Notes: generated from the sequence alone by a model not told the origin. A stretch of DNA of 64,000 bases from Promethearchaeota archaeon (GCA_048938025.1 JBHLMP010000001.1:22291-86290), one strand, 5' to 3'; positions 50,612 through 60,235 are shown, numbered from the stretch's first letter. Program-made: numbers and translations.

Positions 50612-51247
50612 TTATAAATTAATTTCCCCATTAATTCTTACAATTCTTCCATCAACATGTAATCTTTTATCACAAAATAGTTCGATTGCTTTCGGAAAAA
50701 TTTTATGCTCCCATTCAAGAACTCTTGGTCCAAGAGTATCTTCTGTATCAGTATCATAGACAGGTACACATTTTTGGATAATAATTGGTCCGTGATCAGA
50801 TTCCATATCCACAAAATGAACTGTACAACCAGATACTTTAACACCATATTCTAAAGCATCTCTGTGAGCATGCATCCCTCTAAAAGAGGGTAATAACGCG
50901 GGGTGAATATTCATAACATTTCCATTAAAGGCATTGATGAATTTTTGACTTACTAATCTCATGTAGCCAACTAAAGTAATTAATTCACACTCATATTTTT
51001 CTAATACACTAATTATTTTTTGATCAAATTCTTCTCTTGGGACATGGAGATACTTATCAGATTCTATTAGAACATAAGGTATATTATGACTTTTAGCACG
51101 TTCCATGCAAAATGCTCCTGCTTTATTGCAAATCAATACTTCTACTTTAGCTTTATTCTTTAAGATTCCATTTTCACATGCTTTGACGATTGCTTCAAAA
51201 TTACTCCCCGATCCGGAAGCTATTGCTCCTATTTTTATTATTGACAT
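50612..51247 (-). CDS. purN: Phosphoribosylglycinamide formyltransferase
   Basis: ASGSGSNFEAI, LVGYMRLV, NIHPALLPSF.G, GCTVHFV...DHGPII.Q. Confidence 0.95.
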   Translation of the reverse strand: MSIIKIGAIASGSGSNFEAIVKACENGILKNKAKVEVLICNKAGAFCMERAKSHNIPYVLIESDKYLHVPREEFDQKIISVLEKYECELITLVGYMRLVSQKFINAFNGNVMNIHPALLPSFRGMHAHRDALEYGVKVSGCTVHFVDMESDHGPIIIQKCVPVYDTDTEDTLGPRVLEWEHKIFPKAIELFCDKRLHVDGRIVRINGEINL

Positions 51248-51658
51248 AGATCCTCTTAATTATCTTTTTTAAAAAAATTTTACTCAAATAGAGCATATTG
51301 AGAACTATTTACATCTAAATTATAATATTAAGACATCGAAGTTCTTCTATTTTACATAATAAAAAGATTTTTATTTGATTAACTTATATATTAATTAGAA
51401 ATTAGAAGTAATCTATTCTAAAATTTAGTCTCTTGTATTATTTTATATAATATTTGAGAGAAAACAATTCTATTTATAAAAACATCATTTAAAAAGAAAA
51501 TTTGAAAAATTCGGATATATAAATTCTTAAAGTCAAATTAAATTAAGATTTTTAAATAGATCCTAAGCAAAAAATAGAGTATTTTAAAAATAGAGATATT
51601 ATCAATGATTTTACTTCTAAATAAAATTTATATGAATTATTCAAAAAACTGAAGATTT

Positions 51659-53569
51659 ATGAGTTTTGAAGGAGAATTACAAAAAATCAAGGATGAAATA
51701 ATAGAAAATCTTCCTCCTGAAATTACTGTTAAAAAAATTGAATTCGAGGGTCCTGAAATTGCAGTATATTCTGAAAATTCTGATGTTGAAGCGACCGAAA
51801 GCTCAACAGTCCTAAAAGATTTAGCAAAAACTATGCGAAAGCGAGTTGTTTTTCGCTGGAATGTAGAAAAGCGTAAAGACCCTTCCGAAACTGAAAGTTA
51901 TATAAGAAATTTAATTGGTGAGGAAGCAGAAATTACTGCTATTGAATTCGATCATACTCGAGGTGAAGTTATAATTGAATCGGGAAAGCCTGGTTTAGTT
52001 ATAGGTAAAAAAGGAATTAATTTAAAAGAAATTAGAACCAATACATTTTGGCAGCCTAAGACAATTAGAACTCCACCATTAGCGTCGAGAACAATTCAAT
52101 TGATAAGAGGAATGTTGACAAAAGAACGGCAAACTCAAAAAGATATTTTACTACGAATAGGAAAAAGAATACATAGACCAACTGTATTTAAAGATTTAAA
52201 TATTAGATTAACTGCTTTAGGTGGATTTCGTGAAGTTGGGAGATCATGTATTTTAATGCAAACTAGAGATAGTAATATTTTACTAGATGTGGGATTAAAT
52301 GTAGGAAATCCTATTGATAAATTCCCTTTTTTTGATATTCCTGAATTCTCAATTAGAGATCTGGATGCTGTTATCATTTCACATGCCCATCTAGATCACT
52401 GTGGTCTTGTGCCATTTCTTTATAAATACGGTTATCTTGGACCAGTCTATTGTACATTACCTACTCGTAATCTATCTACTATGTTACAATTGGATTTTAT
52501 ACAAATCTGTGAAAAAGAAGGGACTCCACCACCTTATTCTAAAAGAGATGTTAAACAAACAGTACTTCATACAATTCCACTTTCTTGGGGAAAAGTAACA
52601 GATATTGCTCCTGATATTAAATTAACACTCCACAATTCAGGTCATATTTTAGGTTCTTCCATGATTCATTTACATTTTGGTAAAGGAGGATATAATTTTG
52701 TATACACAGGAGATTTTAAATATCAAAAAACACGTTTACTTGAAAAAGCTAATGTCAAGTTTCCTAGAGTAGAAAGTTTACTTATCGAATCTACTTACGG
52801 TGGACCACAAGATCGCATCCCAAGCAGACAAGAATCTGAGAGAGAACTCAGACAAATTTTAAATACAACACTTAAAAGGGGAGGAAAAGTTCTAATTCCT
52901 GTTTTAGCAGTTGGACGAGCACAAGAACTAATTATCGTTTTAGAAGAATATATTTCTAAAGGATTAATTGATAAGGTACCAATATTTCTTGATGGGCTGA
53001 TTTCAGAAGCAACAGCAATACATACGGCAAATCCTGACTTTCTTAGTTCAGATTTGAGAGAAAAAATCTTACATCAAGGAAAAAATCCTTTTTTATCTGA
53101 CTATTTTGAGACGGTCAGTTCTCAAGATGAAAGATTAGATATTGTACAAGGTGGTCCTTGTATAATCTTAGCAACTAGTGGTATGTTAATCGGAGGTCCT
53201 TCAGTGCAATATCTTAAAGCTTTGGCAGAAGATAGCAACAATTCGTTAATCTTTGTGTCTTATCAAGTACAGAATACTTTAGGTTCGAGACTTCAAAAAG
53301 GCTTCAGAGAATTTCAGTATGTAGATGCCAAAGGTAGAACACAACTCGTAAAAGTTAACTTAAAAATCTTTACACTTGAAGGATTTAGCGGTCACTCATC
53401 ACGGAGCCAAATATCTCAATTTTTACGGAGAATCCAACCAAGACCTAAACTAGTTATTGTAAACCACGGAGAAGAATCAAAATGTGTAAGTTTGTCGACA
53501 ATGATACATAAAAAATTACGTAAAAGTACGAAGAGTCCTAAGAATTTAGAGACAATTTTATTGAAATGA
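51659..53569 (+). CDS. fttA: Archaeal beta-CASP ribonuclease aCPSF1 (transcription termination factor FttA)
   Basis: KH domains (EFEGPEIAVY, KPGLVIGK), LGGFREVGRS, SHAHLDH, GHILGS, ESTYG, GFSGHS, NHGE. Confidence 0.95.
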   Translation: MSFEGELQKIKDEIIENLPPEITVKKIEFEGPEIAVYSENSDVEATESSTVLKDLAKTMRKRVVFRWNVEKRKDPSETESYIRNLIGEEAEITAIEFDHTRGEVIIESGKPGLVIGKKGINLKEIRTNTFWQPKTIRTPPLASRTIQLIRGMLTKERQTQKDILLRIGKRIHRPTVFKDLNIRLTALGGFREVGRSCILMQTRDSNILLDVGLNVGNPIDKFPFFDIPEFSIRDLDAVIISHAHLDHCGLVPFLYKYGYLGPVYCTLPTRNLSTMLQLDFIQICEKEGTPPPYSKRDVKQTVLHTIPLSWGKVTDIAPDIKLTLHNSGHILGSSMIHLHFGKGGYNFVYTGDFKYQKTRLLEKANVKFPRVESLLIESTYGGPQDRIPSRQESERELRQILNTTLKRGGKVLIPVLAVGRAQELIIVLEEYISKGLIDKVPIFLDGLISEATAIHTANPDFLSSDLREKILHQGKNPFLSDYFETVSSQDERLDIVQGGPCIILATSGMLIGGPSVQYLKALAEDSNNSLIFVSYQVQNTLGSRLQKGFREFQYVDAKGRTQLVKVNLKIFTLEGFSGHSSRSQISQFLRRIQPRPKLVIVNHGEESKCVSLSTMIHKKLRKSTKSPKNLETILLK

Positions 53570-53859
53570 GGAAATCTCTAAGGAGAAAAAACCTAATGGA
53601 GACTTGGACAATCCCCAACAATTTGTCCTCATATGAATATACTATTTAAAGCAAACACTAAAATTAATAAACCTTAGCTCCAAGATTTTATTAGAACACT
53701 CTCATTATCATCCGGCAAGTTCCCTTTTCTGATATGGATTTTCGAATATATTGAAATTACTTTCTAAAGGTTTAGATATTAAATTTAATTCTAGTTCTAA
53801 AAATTAATTTTTTTAAATAGTATTAATTACTATGTCTAAATAGAATTTAGTGGTATTAT

Positions 53860-54801
53860 TTGAATATTAAAATCTCCAGACTAAAAAATCGATCAATTAC
53901 AATAATTAGACATATTGTTCAAATTATAGCTTTCTTATTGATAAATTATATTATTTTAGAAATAATTTTCTCGATAAATTTATTACGTTTAGAGGGGATA
54001 ATAAAATTTTTGCCTGTTTTAAACTCTCCCAGAAACCCACTTTCAGAAGGGGCAGGTATTCTTGAATACATCTTTTTCTTTCTCGCAGAAGGAATATTTC
54101 CATTCCTACTTTTAGGGATTCTTATTTTAATAATATTATTTACTAATAGATTTTTTTGCGGATGGATATGCCCCATTGGGACAATTCAGGATGCATGTGC
54201 AGCAGTACCAACAAAAAAAAGAACAATCAAAATAGATACTCACAATAGCTTATTAAGAATCAAATATATAATTGTTATTTTTATGTTAATAATCCTTCTT
54301 CCTTTAGGTATCTCAAGAGTAACCAATTACTCATTTTATCTGCAATTTAAAGAAAATTTAGGTGACCTATCCAAGAAACCTTTGGGATATTTCTCACTAT
54401 CGGAGTATATTTTTGTTTTCCTCCCTAATATGATTAAAGATATATTTACTTCTGGAAGCTTAGCACCATTATTTGCTACTGTATTATCTTTTTTTATATT
54501 CTTTATCTATTTAATTCTCATAATTTTATCAATATGGTATCCAAGAGTATATTGTAGATATTTTTGCCCATTTGGAGCTGTTGCATCTACTATAAGTGAA
54601 TATTCATTATTGAAACTTTCAAGAAGCCCTGTAAGATGTGTAGGAAGAGCGGACTGTGGAATCTGTGAAAAAGTTTGTCCAAAACAAATAAGAATCTTAG
54701 AAGAACCTTTTGAATTTTTTACAGGTAAAGGTGAATGCAATTTATGTTTAAAATGTAAGGAAGAATGCCCATATAAAGCAATAAGTATAAAATTTGGATA
54801 A
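53860..54801 (+). CDS. Membrane 4Fe-4S binding protein (NapH/MauN/YccM-like)
   Basis: RFFCGWICPIGTIQD, YCRYFCPFGA, C..CGICEKVCP, CNLCLKCKEECP; several TM helices. Confidence 0.87.
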   Translation: MNIKISRLKNRSITIIRHIVQIIAFLLINYIILEIIFSINLLRLEGIIKFLPVLNSPRNPLSEGAGILEYIFFFLAEGIFPFLLLGILILIILFTNRFFCGWICPIGTIQDACAAVPTKKRTIKIDTHNSLLRIKYIIVIFMLIILLPLGISRVTNYSFYLQFKENLGDLSKKPLGYFSLSEYIFVFLPNMIKDIFTSGSLAPLFATVLSFFIFFIYLILIILSIWYPRVYCRYFCPFGAVASTISEYSLLKLSRSPVRCVGRADCGICEKVCPKQIRILEEPFEFFTGKGECNLCLKCKEECPYKAISIKFG

Positions 54802-54965
54802 ATTTGACAAAGTTTGGAAAGAAAATATAGAATAAAAAATAAAATCACTTCCTTATTTAATACAAAAAATTTCAATTTTTTACAAAAATCTAAATGATAG
54901 ATTTTCTAATCTTTTATCAAAAGCAATGATGTATTATAAGCTAAATTTTATATCACAATAAAGCA

Positions 54966-56168
54966 ATGGATCCAAAAACAATTGAACAATTAGGAAACCG
55001 GATGAAGAGAGATGTAAATGTAGGTATCCATGGGATATTAGATTCAGAAGCTACTAGATATTATGAAGAAGAAAGCAAAGATATTAGACCACCTTTCTTT
55101 AGAGATGTTGACCGAATTGTACATTCAAAAGCCTTCAGCCGTTATATCGACAAATCACAAGTCTTCTTTGATGTAAATAACGCAAATATAACTCATAGGT
55201 CTCTGCATGTAACTTTAGTCTCAAGAGTTAGCAGACAAATAGGACGTGTTCTAAGATTAAATACTGATTTAATTGAAGCAATAGCTCTAGGACATGACAT
55301 AGGTCATAGCCCTTTCGGTCATATAGGTGAAGAAATACTAAATGAAATCAGCAAAAGATATAATATGGGAAATTTTAGCCATAATGCTCAAGGTATAAGA
55401 TGGCTTTCTTATCTTGAAAAAAGATATCCTAAAAAGCCTGCTAAGGGTCTTAACTTAACTTTGCAGGTTCTTGATGGTATTCTTTGTCATGATGGTGAAG
55501 TGAATGAGCAAAAATTGAAACCTCTTAAAAGAAATGGAAAAACTTGGGATGAGCATCTAAGAGAATATGAAGATTCTTTCAATGAAAATGAAATAAAGAG
55601 AATCCCAATGTCTTATGAAGGCATTACTGTAAGATTTGCTGATACTATATCATATATTGGGAGAGATATTGAAGACGCTATCTTGTTAGGCCTTTTAAAT
55701 CGAAATGATCTACCTAACTCATGTAAAAAAATTTTAGGAGATACAAATCCTAAGATAATAAATACTTTAATAACCGATTTATTAAACTTTAGTTTAGACA
55801 ATGATGTAATCGGCTACAGTGATGATATTTTTCAAGCTTTAAAAGAATTAAAATCATTTAATTATAGAAAAATCTATAATAGACGAGATTTATTAAAAAA
55901 AAATTCTTTGGATAAAACTTTCATCGATAAGTTAAAAGAAAGATTCGAATTAATTTTTAAACATTGTCTAAAAGATTTAGAAGAAGAAAATTACAATTCA
56001 CCGATCTTTAAGGACCACGTAGAATATATTGATGACGAAAATTTCTCTATTTATTTTAACACCCTTAAAGATCAAAATAAATTACCCTTAATTGTGAGAG
56101 ATTATATAGCGGGTATGTCTGATAGATACTTTAGCGAAATCTATATAAAATTTCAAAAACACCTTTAG
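54966..56168 (+). CDS. HD-domain dNTP triphosphohydrolase (dGTPase-like)
   Basis: FFRDVDRIVHSKAF.R...KSQVF, HRSLH, GHDIGHSPFGH.GE, ADTISY..DIEDA, DYIAGMSD. Confidence 0.9.
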   Translation: MDPKTIEQLGNRMKRDVNVGIHGILDSEATRYYEEESKDIRPPFFRDVDRIVHSKAFSRYIDKSQVFFDVNNANITHRSLHVTLVSRVSRQIGRVLRLNTDLIEAIALGHDIGHSPFGHIGEEILNEISKRYNMGNFSHNAQGIRWLSYLEKRYPKKPAKGLNLTLQVLDGILCHDGEVNEQKLKPLKRNGKTWDEHLREYEDSFNENEIKRIPMSYEGITVRFADTISYIGRDIEDAILLGLLNRNDLPNSCKKILGDTNPKIINTLITDLLNFSLDNDVIGYSDDIFQALKELKSFNYRKIYNRRDLLKKNSLDKTFIDKLKERFELIFKHCLKDLEEENYNSPIFKDHVEYIDDENFSIYFNTLKDQNKLPLIVRDYIAGMSDRYFSEIYIKFQKHL

Positions 56169-56257
56169 ACTAAATTCATTCGCTTGAAATTTATTTTATA
56201 TATATCATCAAAAGATGATAAGATCCTTATAATACATATTTATAAATATAAAAAGGG

Positions 56258-56431
56258 TGGATTACACATTTGAGGATAATTCATAAAAAGCTATCTCAGT
56301 TTTACGGGGTTTTTTTCAGTCATTCCCGAAATTTGGACTTCAATCCAAATTTTCACGGGGTTTTTTTAAAATTAGGTTTTTTTAAACTGATATCTTTTTC
56401 TATCCTCCAGTTTAAATGTATGTGTAATCCA
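56258..56431 (+). ncRNA. Candidate ~175-nt rod-shaped structured RNA or palindromic element
   Basis: Nested inverted repeats TGGATTACACAT/ATGTGTAATCCA, GAGGATA/TATCCTC, AAAAAG..TCAGTTT/AAACTGA..CTTTTT; apical GAAATTTGGA/TCCAAATTTT; two ACGGGGTTTTTTT direct repeats. Confidence 0.55.
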
Positions 56432-56603
56432 AGTTAAATAATATAGATCTTAGTAAATAAATCTATCTTTTTTGACAAAAAAATAGTCAAAATATATTGA
56501 TGAGATTTTGCGAGTCCTCTTTTAGTTTTAGACAATTGAGAAAGGTTTTTTAAAGTAATCAAATTATATTTTACAAGTATTTTTTCAATATTCTTTTTGT
56601 TTT

Positions 56604-56676
56604 AGCCCAGTAGTGTAGAGGTCAAGCATCGGGGGCCCTGAACCCCTGGACCACGGTTCGAATCCGTGCTGGGCTA
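56604..56676 (+). tRNA. tRNA-Gln(CTG), intronless
   Basis: AGCCCAG TA GTGT AGAGGTCAAGCAT C GGGGG CCCTGAA CCCCT GGAC CACGG TTCGAAT CCGTG CTGGGCT A; A1-U72 pair typical of archaeal tRNA-Gln. Confidence 0.93.
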
Positions 56677-56729
56677 TTCTCAATATTTTAAATTTTATTA
56701 GGGGAGTTAACCTTAGATTCCTATTAAAT

Positions 56730-57083
56730 TTAACCAGTTCGTTTAATAATATGGTAACCAAATTGAGTTTTTATTGGTTGAGAAATTTCTCCTATTTTCA
56801 ATTTAGTGCACGCATTCCAGAATTCAGAAACCATATCACCTTTGGAAAAATCTCCTAAATTTCCACCTTTCTTTTTACTAGAACAACTAGAATGTTGTCT
56901 TGCTAACTGTTCAAAACTTTCTCCTGCTTTTAAATCTTCATAAAGTTCCTGTGCTTGACTAAGCTTATTAACTAAAATATGACTTGCCTTTATTTTCCCA
57001 CTACGGATAGCTGCTCCACCAGTTCTTACACTAGAAACCTCTTTTTTCTTCTGATAATCCTTACCATATTTTGGTTTACCCAT
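56730..57083 (-). CDS. Parvulin-type peptidyl-prolyl isomerase with a basic N-terminal extension
   Basis: KASHILV, FEQLARQHS, KGGNLG.F..G.MV.EF, KTQFGYHII; start placed at ATG 57083 (MGKPKYGK). Confidence 0.9.
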   Translation of the reverse strand: MGKPKYGKDYQKKKEVSSVRTGGAAIRSGKIKASHILVNKLSQAQELYEDLKAGESFEQLARQHSSCSSKKKGGNLGDFSKGDMVSEFWNACTKLKIGEISQPIKTQFGYHIIKRTG

Positions 57084-57150
57084 AATGATTTCAAGAGAAA
57101 ATTTAAATGATATATAATTAAAAAAGAGAAAAATTTTTTCTAAAAATAAT

Positions 57151-57576
57151 CTAATTGACAATTAAATATCTAAAATTTTTAATTCCTTCAATACTATTTA
57201 TTTCAACAACAATTTCTTGAAAATCAGAAAGTTCTCCATTAAACATCAGATAAATTATTGTTTTATGATCAACAAAATTTTGATTCTTACTTACAATCTG
57301 ATCTTTATAAATATTTTCAATTCTATTTAATTTTTTCAGAACATTCCCATCATTAGGTGCTACAATTATCATATTTCCAATAATATTTTTATTTTTTGAG
57401 GTAAATTCACTATAAGTATCAATATTATATGTATCGATATTAGAAGTATCAACAGTTGACATTAATCGCAATAAGGCATCTCGAATTAATTTAGACTTGT
57501 TATCATAATTTAAAGGTACTAATTTATTTATGAATTTTTTTAAACTTTCACTTATATTAAATGACACAATTGGAAT
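57151..57576 (-). CDS. Ribbon-helix-helix + ACT-like regulator (NikR/CopG-like; probable ATT start)
   Basis: IPIVSFNISESLKKFI....YDNKSKLIRDAL is an RHH signature; ATT at 57576 with GGTG 7 nt upstream and an in-frame stop two codons before it. Confidence 0.72.
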   Translation of the reverse strand: MPIVSFNISESLKKFINKLVPLNYDNKSKLIRDALLRLMSTVDTSNIDTYNIDTYSEFTSKNKNIIGNMIIVAPNDGNVLKKLNRIENIYKDQIVSKNQNFVDHKTIIYLMFNGELSDFQEIVVEINSIEGIKNFRYLIVN

Positions 57577-57659
57577 ATTTTAACACCTATAATATTAATA
57601 ATCGTATTAAAATATATATCGAATATAACTATATAAATATTTTGAGAGGAAAAAAAAAA

Positions 57660-60026
57660 TCACAATTTAATGGATCGAGCAATTACGTCCTTAAATTTTT
57701 CAACATCTTCCACTAATCGATCGGCGTTTTCATCGCTGATTTTATCATCTTTTTTATATTTATTCAGCTCTGTGAGCCAATACTCAATTCTGTCAAGGAT
57801 CGCTTTTTCTTTGTCTCCTAAAAGTTTTCTTAACCTAATAAAAGTATCATGGAGTTTATTTCTAATATTTTGTGCTTTCCATCTTAACATACAATAATCG
57901 GAAATTTCAGCTAAATTCTGGGTAATTGCCATTATATCTATGGTTTTTTCACGTTCTTCTGATTTGATTTTGCGAATGAGGTTAATCTCTTCAAATAATA
58001 ATTCAATGATTTTTGCCAAGAATCCCGCCAATTGCGATGGTGTCCCACTCCAAACTCTAACTTCTAATGATTGATTAGCTTCGGAAACATAAATTCGTGT
58101 TATAATACGTCCTCCACCGATTTTAGCTTCACTACAGTGCCAACTTTCTGCTTCATATTTTCCTTTGACGTCACTTCCCTCATGGGAAGTTACTGTACTT
58201 ACTTCAAAACGTTTTATAGTTCTGATTGCAGCTCGAAAAGCAAGCCTTGGATCTATATCTGCAATTAAAAATGCTCGGGCATCATTCGGTAGGTCTGCGA
58301 TTGCTATTTGAATATCCTCGATTGTTGCTAAACATGAAACAACTAGGGGACATTTAATCTGAACCTCTTTTTTCCTTATAGGGATGGTGTTTTTTGCTCC
58401 TGAAGCTATTTTATAGATTACATCACCCCCTATTGAAGAAATTCCGCATTGTTTTGGTTCCAAATAAAAATCTACTCCTCGAGAATTTTTTGACTCAATA
58501 ACAGGTATATTAATCAATGGATTTTTAGTTTTATAACTAGATGGAACATCTAAAATAACTTTTACTGAATGTATTGCCATATCAGTTTTATTTCTGACAG
58601 CCACCTTAAAATGTAGCTGACCCCCAATAAAATCATAATCACGAACTACTTCAATTTTACCTTTATCTGAAGGTTCATTAACTTTTGGTTTTGCACTAGA
58701 TTTTTCTTCTATTGGTACACTATATGCTACAAACAATTTTTTATGCATGTCAATATATCCATCAATATCTCCCCTACCAATTAAAATTGCTAGATTTTCT
58801 TCAATACTCGATTCTGTAACCCCTAATCTACTTGAAAGTTCTCGTAAAGGCATAGTTCTATAAGCTCTTGCAAATTCCCTTATTTTAGTTTCAAGATGTT
58901 TACTTGTCATAAATTCTCTTCGTTGAGTAAAAAGACCCTTTATAGAACCAGTCTTAATTAATTCATGAAGGCTTTTTCTTGCTAATTCTATAGCAATTTT
59001 TAATTTTTCAGCAAGTTTAGAAAGTTCAAATAATCCCTGTTCCTTGGAATAGTTTTTGATTTCCTTAAAAATCTGATCTGACGTAATAATTTCATTTCCT
59101 CTATCAGCAAAGAACCCATTTATCTCTTTTGTTCTCATTAAATTAACACAGAAAGACTTGACAAGTTCACTTGGAATAATGAAGATTTTTGCCAAATCTT
59201 TAATTGAAATTCTGCCCTTTTTCTTGATTTCTTTTATTAAATTATCCATGATATACTGTTGTGTATAATAATTTGCTTTATCACGTGAAAAAGAGCCTTT
59301 TATCTGAAATTGCTTAATTAATTTGTAGATAGCTTTAATTGCTACTTCTGAGCTCATATCTAACATTATTGCTAAATCTGCAACTTTAATAATTCCCTCA
59401 ACTTGAAGTTTTGAAACTAAACTTTCATTCATTTCAGACGAGATGTAATAAAACATTTGACTTTTTTGATCTATAATTCCATAAATCCTTTCTTCATCCA
59501 AATATTTATTAATGAATTTAATCAATTGTTCAGCTGAAATATTAAATGAATTCATTATAGTCGAAAAATTTGTAGCTGGTCCTCTTTTCAGAAGATCTAA
59601 AAAGCACTTTGGGCAAATTTCTTTTCCTATTATATGTCTTAATCTTTTACTACACAAAATTAGTCTATTTCCCTTAATAAGATCATATCTTATAGCTTCT
59701 CTTGCGAGTTTCTCTTTTGATGGGAAGAACAGACCCGGTGTTTTTAAATAAGAATTCCATCCACACTTATTATTCGTACATTGTAAATAGTGCTGCCCAG
59801 AAGATAATCTTTCTAATGTTAAAAGAGATTTACAATCGGGGCATTCACTATCTTCAACAACAGTACATTTATAATTCGTTTCTATAGCTTTTGCTTTTGA
59901 ATATATAAGATTATGTTTTTTGCATTCATGGATCTCTGTTGTAGCAATATGATTAATACAAAAACTAGATTTGCATTTCTCGCAAGTAAAATCGATTTTC
60001 TGGCTTTCACAGAATAAACATTTCAT
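57660..60026 (-). CDS. Multidomain protein: zinc fingers + tandem winged-helix repeats (UFL1/PCI-like) + adaptin-ear-like beta-sandwich/platform
   Basis: CLFC..CEKC..FCINH, CPDC...CTNNKC; about five repeats of ISI.DLA....L....I.G.F; RAYRTMPLRELSSRLG...IDGYID (PCI-like); FKVAVRN...VDFYLEP...IGGDVIY. Confidence 0.62.
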   Translation of the reverse strand: MKCLFCESQKIDFTCEKCKSSFCINHIATTEIHECKKHNLIYSKAKAIETNYKCTVVEDSECPDCKSLLTLERLSSGQHYLQCTNNKCGWNSYLKTPGLFFPSKEKLAREAIRYDLIKGNRLILCSKRLRHIIGKEICPKCFLDLLKRGPATNFSTIMNSFNISAEQLIKFINKYLDEERIYGIIDQKSQMFYYISSEMNESLVSKLQVEGIIKVADLAIMLDMSSEVAIKAIYKLIKQFQIKGSFSRDKANYYTQQYIMDNLIKEIKKKGRISIKDLAKIFIIPSELVKSFCVNLMRTKEINGFFADRGNEIITSDQIFKEIKNYSKEQGLFELSKLAEKLKIAIELARKSLHELIKTGSIKGLFTQRREFMTSKHLETKIREFARAYRTMPLRELSSRLGVTESSIEENLAILIGRGDIDGYIDMHKKLFVAYSVPIEEKSSAKPKVNEPSDKGKIEVVRDYDFIGGQLHFKVAVRNKTDMAIHSVKVILDVPSSYKTKNPLINIPVIESKNSRGVDFYLEPKQCGISSIGGDVIYKIASGAKNTIPIRKKEVQIKCPLVVSCLATIEDIQIAIADLPNDARAFLIADIDPRLAFRAAIRTIKRFEVSTVTSHEGSDVKGKYEAESWHCSEAKIGGGRIITRIYVSEANQSLEVRVWSGTPSQLAGFLAKIIELLFEEINLIRKIKSEEREKTIDIMAITQNLAEISDYCMLRWKAQNIRNKLHDTFIRLRKLLGDKEKAILDRIEYWLTELNKYKKDDKISDENADRLVEDVEKFKDVIARSIKL

Positions 60027-60235
60027 AATTTGAAATTCTTTTTAGTTTTTGAGTCTATATAATATTTAAGAAAATTTATGCTTATTATTTTTTATATAGA
60101 CCAATTTTATTTTTTTAATTACAATGGAATTTTCTATAGATTTTTAAATTTTTTATTTTACTTTATTTAATAGCATCTGAAATAGCTAAAAAATAAAATT
60201 CTTGTTCCTCAATAATAGAGGAGGTATATATTTCA

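Noticed and set aside
20703-56676. tRNA genes as integration sites of a provirus or island
   Set aside because: No integrase, no duplicated tRNA 3' end (att site) and no compositional shift seen
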